Source: Bispira polyomma (lineage: Eukaryota). From it: DNA of 64,000 bases. Within the stretch, counting starts at the first letter, position 1; the number at the start of each line of letters is the position of its first letter. Where the stretch lies: positions 24,738,001-24,802,000 of the forward strand of contig OZ287748.1 of NCBI GenBank assembly GCA_965649765.1. Reading direction: 5' to 3'. This document shows, one piece after another, positions 38,296-50,359 of this stretch. Both the position numbers and the translations under genes were made by a program. The notes under the pieces were generated by a model, which had not been told where the DNA came from, searched no databases, and saw nothing but the letters and a program-made list of their open reading frames with translations.

Positions 38296-40900
38296 TAACA
38301 AATGTAAATTTTCTCTAGCCCTTGTATTTATTGTCCCCTATACCTATCATGTATGAACTCATTATGAATACATCATTAATGTATTTAAAAGCCTTTCAAA
38401 AATCTATAATTCCCTTAATATATTTAAAAGAAATTTGTAACAAATATAGTAACACACTGGCTTTGGAACAAAAAGGACTTTGGTTGGTATACTTAAGTAT
38501 GAAGTTAGAATAACGGGGTTCATCAGTACCTTAATCAAATGTATTGTATAAAAGGCTATTTGGGACATTTACACTACAGGCCATAACTTAATCAACTTAA
38601 CATCACTTCACTTTAAACCTTAAACACAATTGTTATTTCACGTTGTACTTACTTTAGGGTGACCTTAAATTATACTATAAGGACATCCTTAATTATTCCC
38701 TTGTTTTAAAAATTGTGGTAAAACAAATCATGTTAAGGTCACCTCAAAGCTTAAAGCTTTTCTTGGGGGTTAACACAAACTCAAGTTAATGTTAACTTAC
38801 TGAATTATTCCATTGTTTTCAAAATTGGGGTAAAACAAATCATGGTAACCTTAACTTCATGGTTCATGCTTCAGCATCACCTCAAAGCTAAAGGTTTTTA
38901 AGGGGTAAACAAAACTCAAGTTGAGTGTAACTTAAAATTGTTCTTAAAGTAATTAAATTTTAAAGTTTGGGCCTTAAAAAATACCCGAGGCCAATGTAAA
39001 TTGTAAAAATATGTAGTGTCTGTTAATAGTATTTGTTTAAAAAACATATTGTAGTAACTTGGATGTGTACATAATAAATAGATTAGCGATATTGTAACTA
39101 AATATCTCTATCCCGCATTACTGTGTGTCTTTGTGACATTGGGGGTCTATCGCTCTTTACCTGGAACTGTTGTAGCTGTTGCCGCAGGGCCACGACGCTT
39201 TAATTCTAGGTCTACCTTAAAAATGATTCATTTTTTCAAAAACCTTTCTGGTTAATGATTGTATCCATGCCTGTTTTTGGGGTTTTTAACCCCTGTTGGC
39301 AATGGTCACCCTCTCATTGGCTGACCCCTATTTCTCCCAAAATTTGCTTGGCCATGCCTTCATTTTACAAAAGCTTAGACAAGGGGACACCATAACAGTC
39401 TAGCGCCTATACAAAAATTTTTCCACCCAATTTGGTTCCCACCACTGGACGCAGTCCCAGACTGCGTTTATCATACGCTAGCCCTGAAGCTGTCAGTTTC
39501 AGGTAGCAGCCACAGAGATACCAGCGTGTGTGATGCCACTCTCATTTTCGCCTCTGGGGAGCCTCACGTGACGTGTGTGCTTGTGGGACAGGCCACAATT
39601 TATACTTTAGTAGAAGGCTAAAACTTGTGCATGATTACTTCTTCAAAAAAAAAAATTACAAATTATGTGGTTTTAAAAATAATCTACTGCAACTTTGTGA
39701 AAAAAGGTAAATAAAGATCATATTGTTCCAAAAAAATCAAACCTATATTGGAATTGATAACAAATCATGTTCATAATAGTTTCAAATTAATTCAAAATCA
39801 GTTTCCGTTTCTGAGAAATGGATCATAATTTAAAAGGGCCGCCAAAATTTAGAAAATTTGCAAACTTTACACCATTTCCACCCTGTAACCTCAACATTAG
39901 TCATTTAACCTGAACGTCATGAATGGTTTCCGGCTTTACTAAAGCAACCACCATATCACTTTGGGTTCCAGTTGAGGGTTTAATGTGATGATCACATGGT
40001 CCGTGGTTCAACTCTCATTATTTTGATGTCAGATGCCAACTAGTGCTAATACTATTGGTGTACATTTCATAACCTTACCAGTCTAGTACTTCATATCAAA
40101 ACCACTCCCCTCCAACTACAACCTTCTTGCAACCCCACAAGTCATTTTGCGATGTAGCCCTATGGCCCATTCTTATCATGTCTATTCTTCTAAAGAAAAA
40201 TGTCTGTTTTTATTTTACGAACCTTCTATTGTCCGAAGAATATCTCTCCCAACATGATCAGATAATAGAGGTTATACTGTACTCCTTATGTTGTAGTGTC
40301 TTGAATACACATATTAACCCTTTCATCATTGATGGTGCAGTGTCCTTTATGCCATGCTCACATATCGTCGGTAAGGTATGGTAGACAACATCGGTATGGT
40401 ATGGTAGACAACGTTGTTACAACAAAAATAATTGCTAAAAAAGATATATTATTATTATTAGACGGTACCACAGGGTAGAAGCAGATACTGCAACTTGTCT
40501 TTGTCTCTATTAATTTATCCGTTCCATCTAGGGGAAATATACTCTCTGTGCAGATAAGTTTTACACAAAGAAATAGACGGAAACAGACAATTACTGGGAT
40601 GAAAGACTGACATTACTGATAGGGAAATACTCTGAGATACATGTAGTTGTAAACGGGCTTACAGCAGTGGTACAGAAATACTCAGAAAAAGTGTAAAATG
40701 GGCAGACACGGGCAGAAACTGGATGAAAGAGTTACAGTATTATGATACAGCAATACACGGAAACGGGTGGAAGGATTTTCTGCCTTGGTGAGGCGCAAGT
40801 TTTAACCCTACCCTAAGTTTTGGGTAGGAAGCGCATTATGCCATTAAAAGTAAAGTTGGGGTGTTAATATTGGTGGAAAAACAACATTTTAACCAATTAT

Positions 40901-41085
40901 ATACCATTCTAAATCCTTATTTTATTTCTTCCAAAACCAAAAATAAATGTACAATGAACAAGAAAAAACACAACATTCTTTTTAAAGTACCCCATACCAT
41001 TCTAAATCATTATTTTATTTCTGCCAAAAGCCCCCAAAAATGTAAAATAAACAAGAAAAAAAAAACACACCATTCTTTTTAAAGT
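40901..41085. repeat. ~94-bp tandem duplication
   Basis: ataccattctaaatc.ttattttatttct.ccaaaa...aacaagaaaaaa...cattctttttaaagta occurs twice. Confidence 0.8.
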
Positions 41086-41818
41086 ATAGTTCATATGTAC
41101 ATAGCTGCATCATACTAGTACAGCACACCAGTGCAGGTCACCAGTATGTCAGATACAAACTCCTTCTATTTTTCTTGTTTTAGTGTTAAACAATAACTTC
41201 TTATACCAAAACAAAGTTTAATAACTATTTCACCTTTGTTCTCAGTAATAACCCTTTTGACCCCTACGTTTTTGGAAGACATTTGTCAATCCTTGTACGT
41301 ATGTCTGTCGACAAGCATTCGACACCCTAAAAGTATTCTTATATTTTCCTTTAGTTCCTTGCAATAGAAAATTGTACAGCAGAATCCCCCATAAAATATA
41401 TATAATATATCTGAGGCCGTTATTGAAAGCTTGTGTGTGTCTCAGTGACTCCAGCCATCTGTAACTCATTACTACCTTCGGTTCCCAGTGTTAGTTTTCT
41501 CTTGGGATTGAAAGTGTTAAATTTTGATACCACACAAGCGTATATTTGTCCTGCAGTAAACATCTAAGTTTGTTAAATGTTGTATAAGCAGTCCATCAAA
41601 AACCGCTGACCATCCCATTTTTTGGCCGTGTACACTGGTATATTCACTGTACAACAAAGAAATATATTATAAGGAGCCATTGCATGACATATTAGTGATC
41701 TGTATTTGTATTCTCTACTGGTATGATGCATGCACATACCTCTGAACAGTTTTTATTTAAATAATTTTCTACAGTCCACTGCTTAGGGTACTTCATCCTC
41801 AACAGGTTGGATGTCATC

Positions 41819-42191
41819 CTACCCCTCTAATGCATTTGGCAGAGGCCTGTTCAAGTGTACAAACACACAGGTCTTAGTCTTGCAGTCTGCATGCCAGGTA
41901 CCAGTCTTTAATGTGATTGGGATACAGGCTGTCCTCGTACAAATAGCCACACCCCAACCATTAGGACTACAGTTGCAGATGTTGCAGTCGTTGGCCTTGC
42001 AGAAGGGTTTCCCAGGGTACACTTTGCAATGAGCCACGTCATCGATGACAGCGTGCTCCGGACAGGGAGACACAAACTCACACTCAAAAGTGAATTCGTT
42101 GAACACCCAGCAACCTTTGGGAATGGGGTCTCCACATTTACTGCTTGTACATCTGATTTTTTCTTTGGAACAGCGACACTCATTGCATTTC
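41819..42191 (-). CDS. Secreted Cys-rich protein, terminal exon 6: Cys repeat plus pacifastin-like domain
   Basis: ttcag acceptor, phase 2. CKVYPGKPFCKANDCNICNCSPNGWGVAICTRTAC fits the pacifastin pattern C-x9-12-CNxCxC-x2-3-G-x3-6-CT-x3-C, apart from an extra Cys and a slightly longer first spacer. TAG at 41819; AATAAA at 41757-41752. Confidence 0.85.
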
Positions 42192-43629
42192 CTGAATGAA
42201 TACATATAGGCATTTATTATACCCAGTTAGGTCATAGTAACCATCTGTGGTGGTTTTTTAAGTACTAAACCATGACAGATCGAACTCAAACAGATCAATT
42301 AAATTACAGAAAAATTTAACTTTTTATGTCCATGTATTAAATATATGTTGATCGTTATTTTAATCAGTTCCACCGTTGAAATGTAAATTAAAACCTGTGT
42401 GCCAGTACGGGTACTTCAGTTGAAACGCAATGGAAAAGGAGAAGTAACTCTACTTAAGCAGGATTTTGCCTTAACCATTTTATTGGAAAAATCTGGTGTC
42501 AACCTAAAAATAAATTAACTTGACAGAGTTTCACTGAAAGGGCTTTGACAGTCTAATTATATGGATAATATTAAATACAACTTTCCCATCTTAAGTTTCC
42601 ATTTGTTTGTGGAGTGAGTGCACAACATTCGAAATTTAAATTGATAAGAAAATCAAATGTATTGGCTTTGTTGTTGTGTACATTTAAAATGTCGCTGATA
42701 CTTAAACAAAATCGATTTAACTAAAGGTTATAAATCAGCTATATATAGATATTTGATTTTTGTACAAAGACCTTTGCAGTTTCAGAATAGCTTAAAACAA
42801 TAGATTTTGCACTTTCAAAATGCGAAGCAATAAATAATAGAAAACAAAGATGGCATTTCCATAAAAGTCTGTAAATAGATTTTCCTGAAACTCTATTTGA
42901 AGATAGTTTGTTGTTCTCATTTTTAACCAAAACAATGACTCACAATAATATGCTTTTTTATGTGCAAATGTTTTTGTATATTTAAAAACCATTAATGCAA
43001 ATGAAAGTTCTTTTACATTACTGAAATGATATCAAAACTTTTTTAGTGTTAGTTCCAAAAACAAATGTTTATGGAACGTACAGTGTGGGTGAATGTGAGT
43101 GTTTTGGTCTTTTACGTACATACTGTAACCATTTTTTTAAACGCTTCTAAAATTCATTGAACGGGGCACAGCCATGTTGGATTTTTTGAACGTATCAATA
43201 TATAACACTAAGCTTAACACTAAACTCTAATGCTGTCATACAAACTAGTTTTAATATGGTCATTCCCTCTCCAGAGAATCGTAGAATCTAACCCATTTAT
43301 TGATAACATACAGCTTTTTTATTCAGGGAAACTACATTTGAGTTTTGACATAATTTGATTTAGTTCTAAAATGTTACCATTTCTGTTTTTGTCCTGTTGT
43401 GTACAATACTGAATCCACAGATCAGAACCCATGACTAATGAGTACAATTCAAACTACAATGGTAAAGTAAAAACTCTTTTAAGTCTACCCTGTTAAGTGG
43501 AAATCCTGCTTAAGTAGAGGGAATAGATCACGGATAAATAGTTCTGTCAGTAGCTACAAAAATAGTTCACAGTAAGTTGAAAAATATCTTATTATTTGCT
43601 TTAAAATATACTGTTGTCAGTCTTTCTAA

Positions 43630-43752
43630 TAGAAATAAAGTACACGAGCTTGTACTTTATTGGCGAATAAAGGACAACCTTCTGCCATAAAGTCCACCAT
43701 AAGTCAGTCCATTCTTCGCCAATAAAGTACTCGCCCTTGAACTTTATTTCTA
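43630..43752. repeat. Palindromic (hairpin) element
   Basis: tagaaataaagtac...gtactttattggcgaa / ttcgccaataaagtac...aactttatttcta. Confidence 0.7.
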
Positions 43753-43967
43753 CAAGAGTCTGTAGCATGGATCAAACACTTTAAACATTCTTTATATTAT
43801 GCTGGTTCTGGTCAGTTTAAAGCACTTTCATTGTTTCTAAGCTAACTCTCCCTAGTTAACCCGACTTGAGTTTTCACCACCTGTATACCAGATAATGGTA
43901 GAATAAAAGTACAATACAGTACAATTATAACAATGCAATCCAAAATAAAGCTTAAAACACAACCTAC

Positions 43968-44150
43968 TTGCATGTAAATTCTCCATCACAGCAAGACGTA
44001 GTCTCAGGACATGGGTGGACAAACTCACATCGCTGCAATTTCTCGTTAAACATGTAACAGTGGTCGGTGTAGATGTTGCTGATGTCTATTTCGTTACGAC
44101 AAACGGTGATTAGAGGCAATGGACTTGGACAGGGACTGACATAGTAACAC
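43968..44150 (-). CDS. Secreted Cys-rich protein, exon 5 (absent from the ORF track)
   Basis: gacag / gtaggt, 183 nt, phase 2-2. CYYVSPCP...HCYMFNEKLQRCEFVHPCPETTSCCDGEFTC repeats motifs of the neighbouring exons. Confidence 0.85.
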
Positions 44151-44918
44151 CTGTCAGATCAAATATTTTGGCCGGTAAATTTTGTTTAAATAATTTATCA
44201 GACAGTACATATGTACACATGCCAAAAATAGCCGCAACTTAAATATATATTGATTACAAAAGATAATAAAAATAAGTATTTAGAACAAGAACTTATATCT
44301 AAAACATATATATTTAATTCATCTGATTCTTTCTTCACTAAAATTGATCAATTTGGAAGATGTATCTTTTCAGACATCTATAAATTTACCTGTACAAGAT
44401 ATAAATTTAACAAAATCTCAAACCAGTCTAGGATATTGTATTTGAAAAGTTCATGTGTAAATGTCTTAAACCCCGTTTTGACAATAACTGAGAGGTTTGT
44501 GTTAGTTATTGTTAAATACAGATGTAGTAATATATAGCTAGAAGCTCACTGTTTCCTTTTTAAAAATATGTTTTGGAGAAAATGCTTATACATGTAACAT
44601 GTACAGTATATAATGTTTACAGTAACCATAGTAAATCTTAAGTGCTCATAGCTCACTATTGTGTACCACAGTACCTGGGCCCAAATTTCACAAAGATCAT
44701 CCAACTCAACTCCACTGTAGGCTCTGGGAAAGTTCTTGTACATGGGAATAACCTATACTTGTAACCATTAATTTTAACCGAGATTTCAGTGCTTACTTAA
44801 TGTAACTCTTTAAGTCAAAGATATTGAGACCGCAGCTGTGTGTCTCAGTCAAACTTAGTATTTTTCGATAATGCATCCACTGTATTGTAATTCCTCAAAT
44901 GAAATACAAAGAACCCAC

Positions 44919-45233
44919 CTGTCAATCACACCATCATACTTTCTCCTGACCAGACAGCCAGACCGGGAGGGATCCGGGCATCTATCTGCACCACTGCAGA
45001 ACCTCTTCCCATAAGCACATTCACATTTCTTGCACATCTTGCAGCTGCGGGTTCCAGGGGTCGCACAGGCACAACTCTCGTCCCCGATCTCAGGACAAGG
45101 CCACACGTAGCGACATTCACCTTTGACATTGGTCCAACAACCTTTATCCCGATATCTCCAGATCTGCTCACCACATTTGTTAGGGTCACCCTGACAGAGT
45201 TCATTATTCTTCTCACATCTACATTTCACACAC
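44919..45233 (-). CDS. Secreted Cys-rich protein, exon 4
   Basis: ttgcag / gtgggt, 315 nt, phase 2-2. CVKCRC...GCW...CRYVWPCP...CKMCKKCEC...GCL. Confidence 0.88.
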
Positions 45234-45677
45234 CTGCAAACATAGGACATTGTACAGTAGGGCACCATATTCTGGAAATAATCTCAAGTTCAAACTCAAG
45301 ACTCAACTTAATTGAAGGCTGTATGGAAGTCCATTAATGTAAAAATAACCTTTACTTGCATATGCATTCAGATTTCACTCATCTTCACTCCACCCAGAGC
45401 TCGGGAGACCTGAAATGTACATTTGATTCTGAGTTGAGCTTGAAAGTTTAGGGGAATATGGCTACAGAAGCTCTATTATCTGACTTTCTGTTATCAATTA
45501 ATTATACAGAACGATTCTAGAATTCACTGGATACAAAACGGACATGTTGTATTTTGGTGATTCAAAATTCTTTTTTTGGGGGAGAAATACTTTAGTAAAC
45601 AATAAACTGTTTCCTGGGGTAAAAGATAAAATATTTGGCCCATTAAATATCAAGGTTGATGAATAATAATAGAATTA

Positions 45678-45969
45678 GCCTACACTTCTATTTAACATGT
45701 TTTTCTCGGCCTATGTTTTTTCGGCTATTACACAATTCTACCAAGTGCTTCCTTTCAGCATATTTGCAACAGATAAGATCAGGGGTTGGCCGACATCTGT
45801 TGGGTTAACAGATTTTGTCTCTCAGGGAGGGAAAAAATCGGGAGGACTGTCAGATTTTTGAATAAAATATTAACAAAAAAAAAAAAAATTATTTTATTTT
45901 ATTTTATTTTACATAGAACATATCCAATGAAAGGAATCGCGTTAGAATGTTCTAAAAGGAAGTGTAGGC
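45678..45969. mobile_element. Internally deleted relative of the 37588 Harbinger MITE
   Basis: tta|gcctacacttc ... ggaagtgtaggc|tta. Shares ccaagtgcttcctttcag and aaaaaatcgggaggactgtc with the 37588 copy. Confidence 0.82.
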
Positions 45970-46121
45970 TTAGGGATGGGTCCCTCATATTTCTTTAAGA
46001 TTTAGTGATTCGGCAGTTTTTCTCTAAACAGTGTTTATACAAACACTAGAATCCAACATGACTGTGCTCTGTCCAGTAAATTCTAGAATCGTTCCACAAA
46101 TGAAACCCGAAGTGGTCGAAC

Positions 46122-46392
46122 CTGTTACAGTAAAAAGTGGGCCAGACAAAAGGTCCCGTCATTGGATTGCAGGTATTGGCTGAGAAGGTGTCGAGACAGG
46201 GATAGAAAAAGATACACATCTCTCTACTTGGACACATCCTCCAGCAGCCACTGACCTCCATCTTAATCACACTAGGCTTTACATACATATTAGGACAACC
46301 TTCTTTACTACAACCTCTAGGCTTGCCCTTCTTACAGGCACATTCTCGACATTCCTGACATCCCTCCGTCGCACATTTGTCTATGCAAATAC
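46122..46392 (-). CDS. Secreted Cys-rich protein, exon 3
   Basis: ttcctcag acceptor, phase 1. ICIDKCATEGCQECRECAC...GCWRMCPSREMCIFFYPC. The donor AG|gttcga is weak but restores CNRCVKCRC with exon 4. Confidence 0.8.
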
Positions 46393-47299
46393 CTGAGGAA
46401 AAGAGATAGATAGAGATTGCTCACTAGTACTCAGTATAATTCATTTTTATTTTCGGTGTAAGTGGATATTTTGATGAGGCAGTAAACTTTTTAGCTATTT
46501 AGTTATTGAACTTAGATAGTGAAAATTAAATCTTAGTGAAAATTTAAATTTAATCCTTTAACTAGATATTGACCAAAAATAAAAATTAAATTAAGTCCTA
46601 TGAGTGTCTTAAAGATTGTTAATTAGTGAAATGTATCTTATAGCTTCAATTTTAACTTACACAGTATTTTATTGTGAAGCATTTGTATTGCACCAGGATG
46701 GCATGTATGAATCCTGTAAGGCACTTATTCTTTGATAGCAGAGCATGATCAGTAGGCATTAGTGTGTGTCTCCTGGTCTACCTTTTGCACAAGGATGTTA
46801 TCTGTACTCAAACAAATATTGCAGGCATTCACAAATAAACTAAAACACACAACTCGTTGGTTACAACTGGACTCTGATCATGACCTTTTTCCTTCTATCG
46901 GATTATTCGTTTGGATCATAATTAGGAAGGGCACTACGGACAGGATGTCTGATCATCGATTGTGGCGCTATAGCAGTTTAAACATCAACAGTAACTATCA
47001 TGGCAGGGGCGTCAATCTAAAGAACTTCTGATCAACCGACCAACTTTCTAACCACTATGCCACTGGACACCACAATACCGAGAACTTTAGAGTAGTAATC
47101 CAGGTCTTTGTAGGGGAGGGGATTGTGCAATACAAGTAAAAGCTTAGTAAATCTTAGGGAACCAGTTATTCTGACTTGTATAATACATGGATAAACTATT
47201 TTTAACATAACAGTTTAATAATATAGTTAAACCCTTACTGTCTCCTGGTATTGTTTGATCTTTTAAATTTTGAATTCTGCTTAGATTTGGTTTAATTAG

Positions 47300-47860
47300 A
47301 ATTTGTCTTAATCCGGACAAAACAGAATTTCTTTGGCTCTAGTAAACAATGAACTGAATTATCAAGTCTCTTTCTAATGCACATCCTGGGAAATATATTA
47401 GTTATGTTTGGGGCAAATTTTTCTTTCAGCAAACATGTCACTTCTGTCTGTAAATCCTGTTTTGTCATTCTGAGAGATCTAAGACAAGTGAAATGCTATT
47501 TGTCTCGGAATACAACTTATTACTGGCCACTGCACTTGTAAGCAGTCACATTGACTATTGTTACTCATTTCTAATTAGTTTGTTTGCCAAGGATAGCAGA
47601 ATAGCTTGTATAATTACTCATACCCCAAGGTATTCCCACATATCTTCCGGTTAAATTTTGATGTGTGTTCAAAACTGCCACATTGGTCCACAAGTTCTCA
47701 ATACAGGCCTCCCAAAATAACCCAGCCTATATCTCACTTCTTACTCTCAGCAAGTCAATTCTTGCTGTGGTAATCCGAACAAATTATTCCTCTATGTTTC
47801 TACCTTTGATTGCGGCATACACAAATCAAAAGTCTAGTTCATTAGTTTCACCATAACAGT
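47300..47860 (+). mobile_element. Highly decayed L2-clade LINE fragment
   Basis: Collinear with 15485-16100 (cttaatccggacaaaacagaatt, ttctttcagcaaacatgtc, FKTATLVHKF). Confidence 0.75.
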
Positions 47861-48023
47861 GCCAGAGGTATATTAAAAGTGTGTCAGTCCCAGGAGCACT
47901 GTCTCCTAGGTATTTAGATGGAACACTTCTCTTCACTCATAGGTTGCTTCTTGGTGGTACAATAAAAATTCAGATAAAAAAATGTGGGATTAGCCCACTG
48001 AATGATTGATAGGAGAAACTCTA

Positions 48024-48331
48024 CTCCTGTATTAGGATATTCTTTTAGTGCAGCCTTTGTTTTGATAAGGCAGTATGCTAAAACAATAAAAATCTTTTAT
48101 ATAAAATACTGTATTATTCCCAGCTTACATTCTCTCTCCGTAATACACTTTCCCATATGCCAGGTGGGTTTAATCTCCAGTATTAGGATATTCTTATAGT
48201 GCAGCCTTTGTTTTGATAAGGCAGTAATGCAATAACACAATACAAATGTTATATATAAAATACTGTATAATTCCCAGCTTACATTCTCTCTGTGCGATAC
48301 ACTTTCCCATATGCCAGATAGGTTTAGTCTC
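48024..48331. repeat. ~152-bp tandem duplication covering the 3' end and donor site of the TIL exon
   Basis: ctcc(t/a)gtattaggatattc...cccagcttacattctctc...actttcccatatgccag occurs twice. Confidence 0.9.
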
Positions 48332-48511
48332 AGGACACTGGCACCTCGGTACACAATGCAAGGGCTTCTTATTGGAGGGATTCTGATCCTTGGCAGGTCG
48401 GGTACAGGTGCGGGTGTAGGGCAAGCCACACTTCGTAAAAATCTGACCCCCAGGACAATAGCAGCTCTCTGGCTTGGCAACACACTTTACCCTAAAGTTG
48501 GAGTCACAGCT
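48283..48511 (-). CDS. Secreted Cys-rich protein, exon 2 (TIL, trypsin-inhibitor-like domain)
   Basis: cttcag / gtaagc, 229 nt, phase 0-1. CPGGQIFTKCGLPYTRTC...HCVPRCQCPETKPIWHMGKCIAQREC. Confidence 0.88.
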
Positions 48512-49294
48512 CTGAAGAAGAAAAAGTTACAGGAATTGTCATAAGCTTAAAACTGACCAGACTAATATGGGGCAGTATCCACAAAAGGGCTAGACTTAGA
48601 CTAAATCTAGTTACTTTTGTGCTAGATTTAGGACAATATCTAGACTTTTTTTCTGTATTTCATGGGGCCAAAAGCAGGCATTAGAGAGACATTCCTCCAT
48701 TCATTTTGTGTCAAAAAATAAATAATTTCTGTAAAAAATTAAGACAACTGCATACATCTTAATTTAAATTTTTTTGGGCTTACACCATTTCAATATTAAA
48801 ACTGTAACCAGTCCACAAGCCAAATTTCAAAGCCAAAGATTTTAATCAAGGTCAAGCCCCTATTGAAGGTCACATGGTTGTGATTGTTCATATTGTGAGT
48901 ACCATGACCTCTCAGTTTTGTCAGACTTTTGCCAGAGTTCCTGCTACTGCTCTACTGCTGTCCATAGGAAGCTCCACATAATACAAACCATTTGAAAGTT
49001 CCATAACTGTAATTATCACCCAACCCTTTGTTATATTCCATCACAGTGGTCAGCTTTACACCAAGCAACATATCAATGTTAAAAACTTTTGTTACATTAC
49101 AACACACTTATAGTCACATATCTATTAAAAAATTAAAATAATTAAAGATTAAAAATTTAAAAACTGTCGATACATTGCAACACATTTAAAGTCACATAAA
49201 CATTATTAAAAAAAATAATAGATATTCTAAAATCACTGTGAATACTGAGCTGTTACAATGCGCTACAAGTACAACAAGTTTTAAGCTCTACCCA

Positions 49295-49492
49295 CCTCCA
49301 GGCGGCGTGAGTTCGACTCCCGTCGATCATTTGTGGAAAAGGTGGTAGTTCCTTACTGCAGGCTGCTGGTTTCAGTGCAGAACCTTGATTAACTGTATAC
49401 AATGTTTCCTCCAGCGTTTCCAACTACCAGTCCCAATATAATCTAAACAGGTACTAGAGTGGACGTTAAATATCCCAATTCAAATTCAAATT
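49295..49492 (+). mobile_element. 5'-truncated copy of the 9578 SINE family
   Basis: gttcgactcccgtcgat...tgtggaaaaggtggtagttccttact...gagtggacgttaaatatcccaattcaaatt. Confidence 0.9.
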
Positions 49493-50182
49493 CTCAGTTT
49501 CTCAGTTGCTTTCTCATACCCATGGTAGCCTAGTGGTGGCCTTAAAATCACTGGCCTCTTACCAATGTGGGTTAGAATCCTATTTACTCTTAGGTGTGGG
49601 AACATTTGTCAGTTAAGAGTGCTTCAACACTGGTTTCCTCCACCTAGACTTAGCACTTTTGTGAGTACCGCCCTAGATGCGTAAGCATAAGCACACACAC
49701 ATGTTTAAGAACAGACAACAGACAATGCGGTGGACTTCTTCCCTTTTGTCATCTTATATTTCTCCCCAGTCTGCATCTGGAAGTCATCAGTTTACAATGC
49801 TTCAGTACTGGTTTCTTCCACCATTGAATCTGGCCATTGCCATATGATCTAAGCTGTTGAAAGCGAGGTAAAACCCAACTAAATTGTAAAATTTCAAAAT
49901 TTGAGTAAAAAGGGTATTTTAACTGTTAAATTATATCTTATATTGATTGGTAAATTGTGCCATAGCTTTAATGCTGCAACAGAGAAGGGATCAGATCCAA
50001 TCCGTTGACTGGTGGTTCTGGATTCTTTTTCCTCTAGCATGCGGGAAGACGGCAATGAGGCAATATACGGGGCTGACAACAGTTGACAGTTGACTGTCTA
50101 TGTAGTGACATTGCCACTGGATGGGTTCCATTTTATATACCAAGAGTATAAATAATAAATAAATACCAATAATATTGATTAC

Positions 50183-50359
50183 CTGGTATTCATTAGCTGG
50201 GCAGTAGCATCCACATTTGGGAAGAGGAAACAAGGGATAATCTCCACAGATTTTGGGAGTGACAGGAGGACATCTGTGCTCCAGTGGTTTCTGACACTTG
50301 GAACTAACTTGTAACACTACACAACCCAAAAAAACTCCAACTACTCCGACAAACTGCAT
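50183..50359 (-). CDS. Secreted Cys-rich protein, exon 1 (signal peptide plus start of a TIL-like domain)
   Basis: aagATG start, hydrophobic MQFVGVVGVFLGCVVLQVSS, then C-rich KCQKPLEHRC...CGCYCPANEYQ, donor CAG|gtaatc. The six exons join to 1548 nt in frame. Confidence 0.85.

Noticed and set aside
41242-41818. Further coding exon or read-through of the Cys-rich gene (DDIQPVEDEVP after the TAG; possible 93-nt intron 41739-41647)
   Set aside because: All frames downstream close quickly and lack the Cys pattern, and an AATAAA lies 60 nt after the stop. Not excluded without RNA data.
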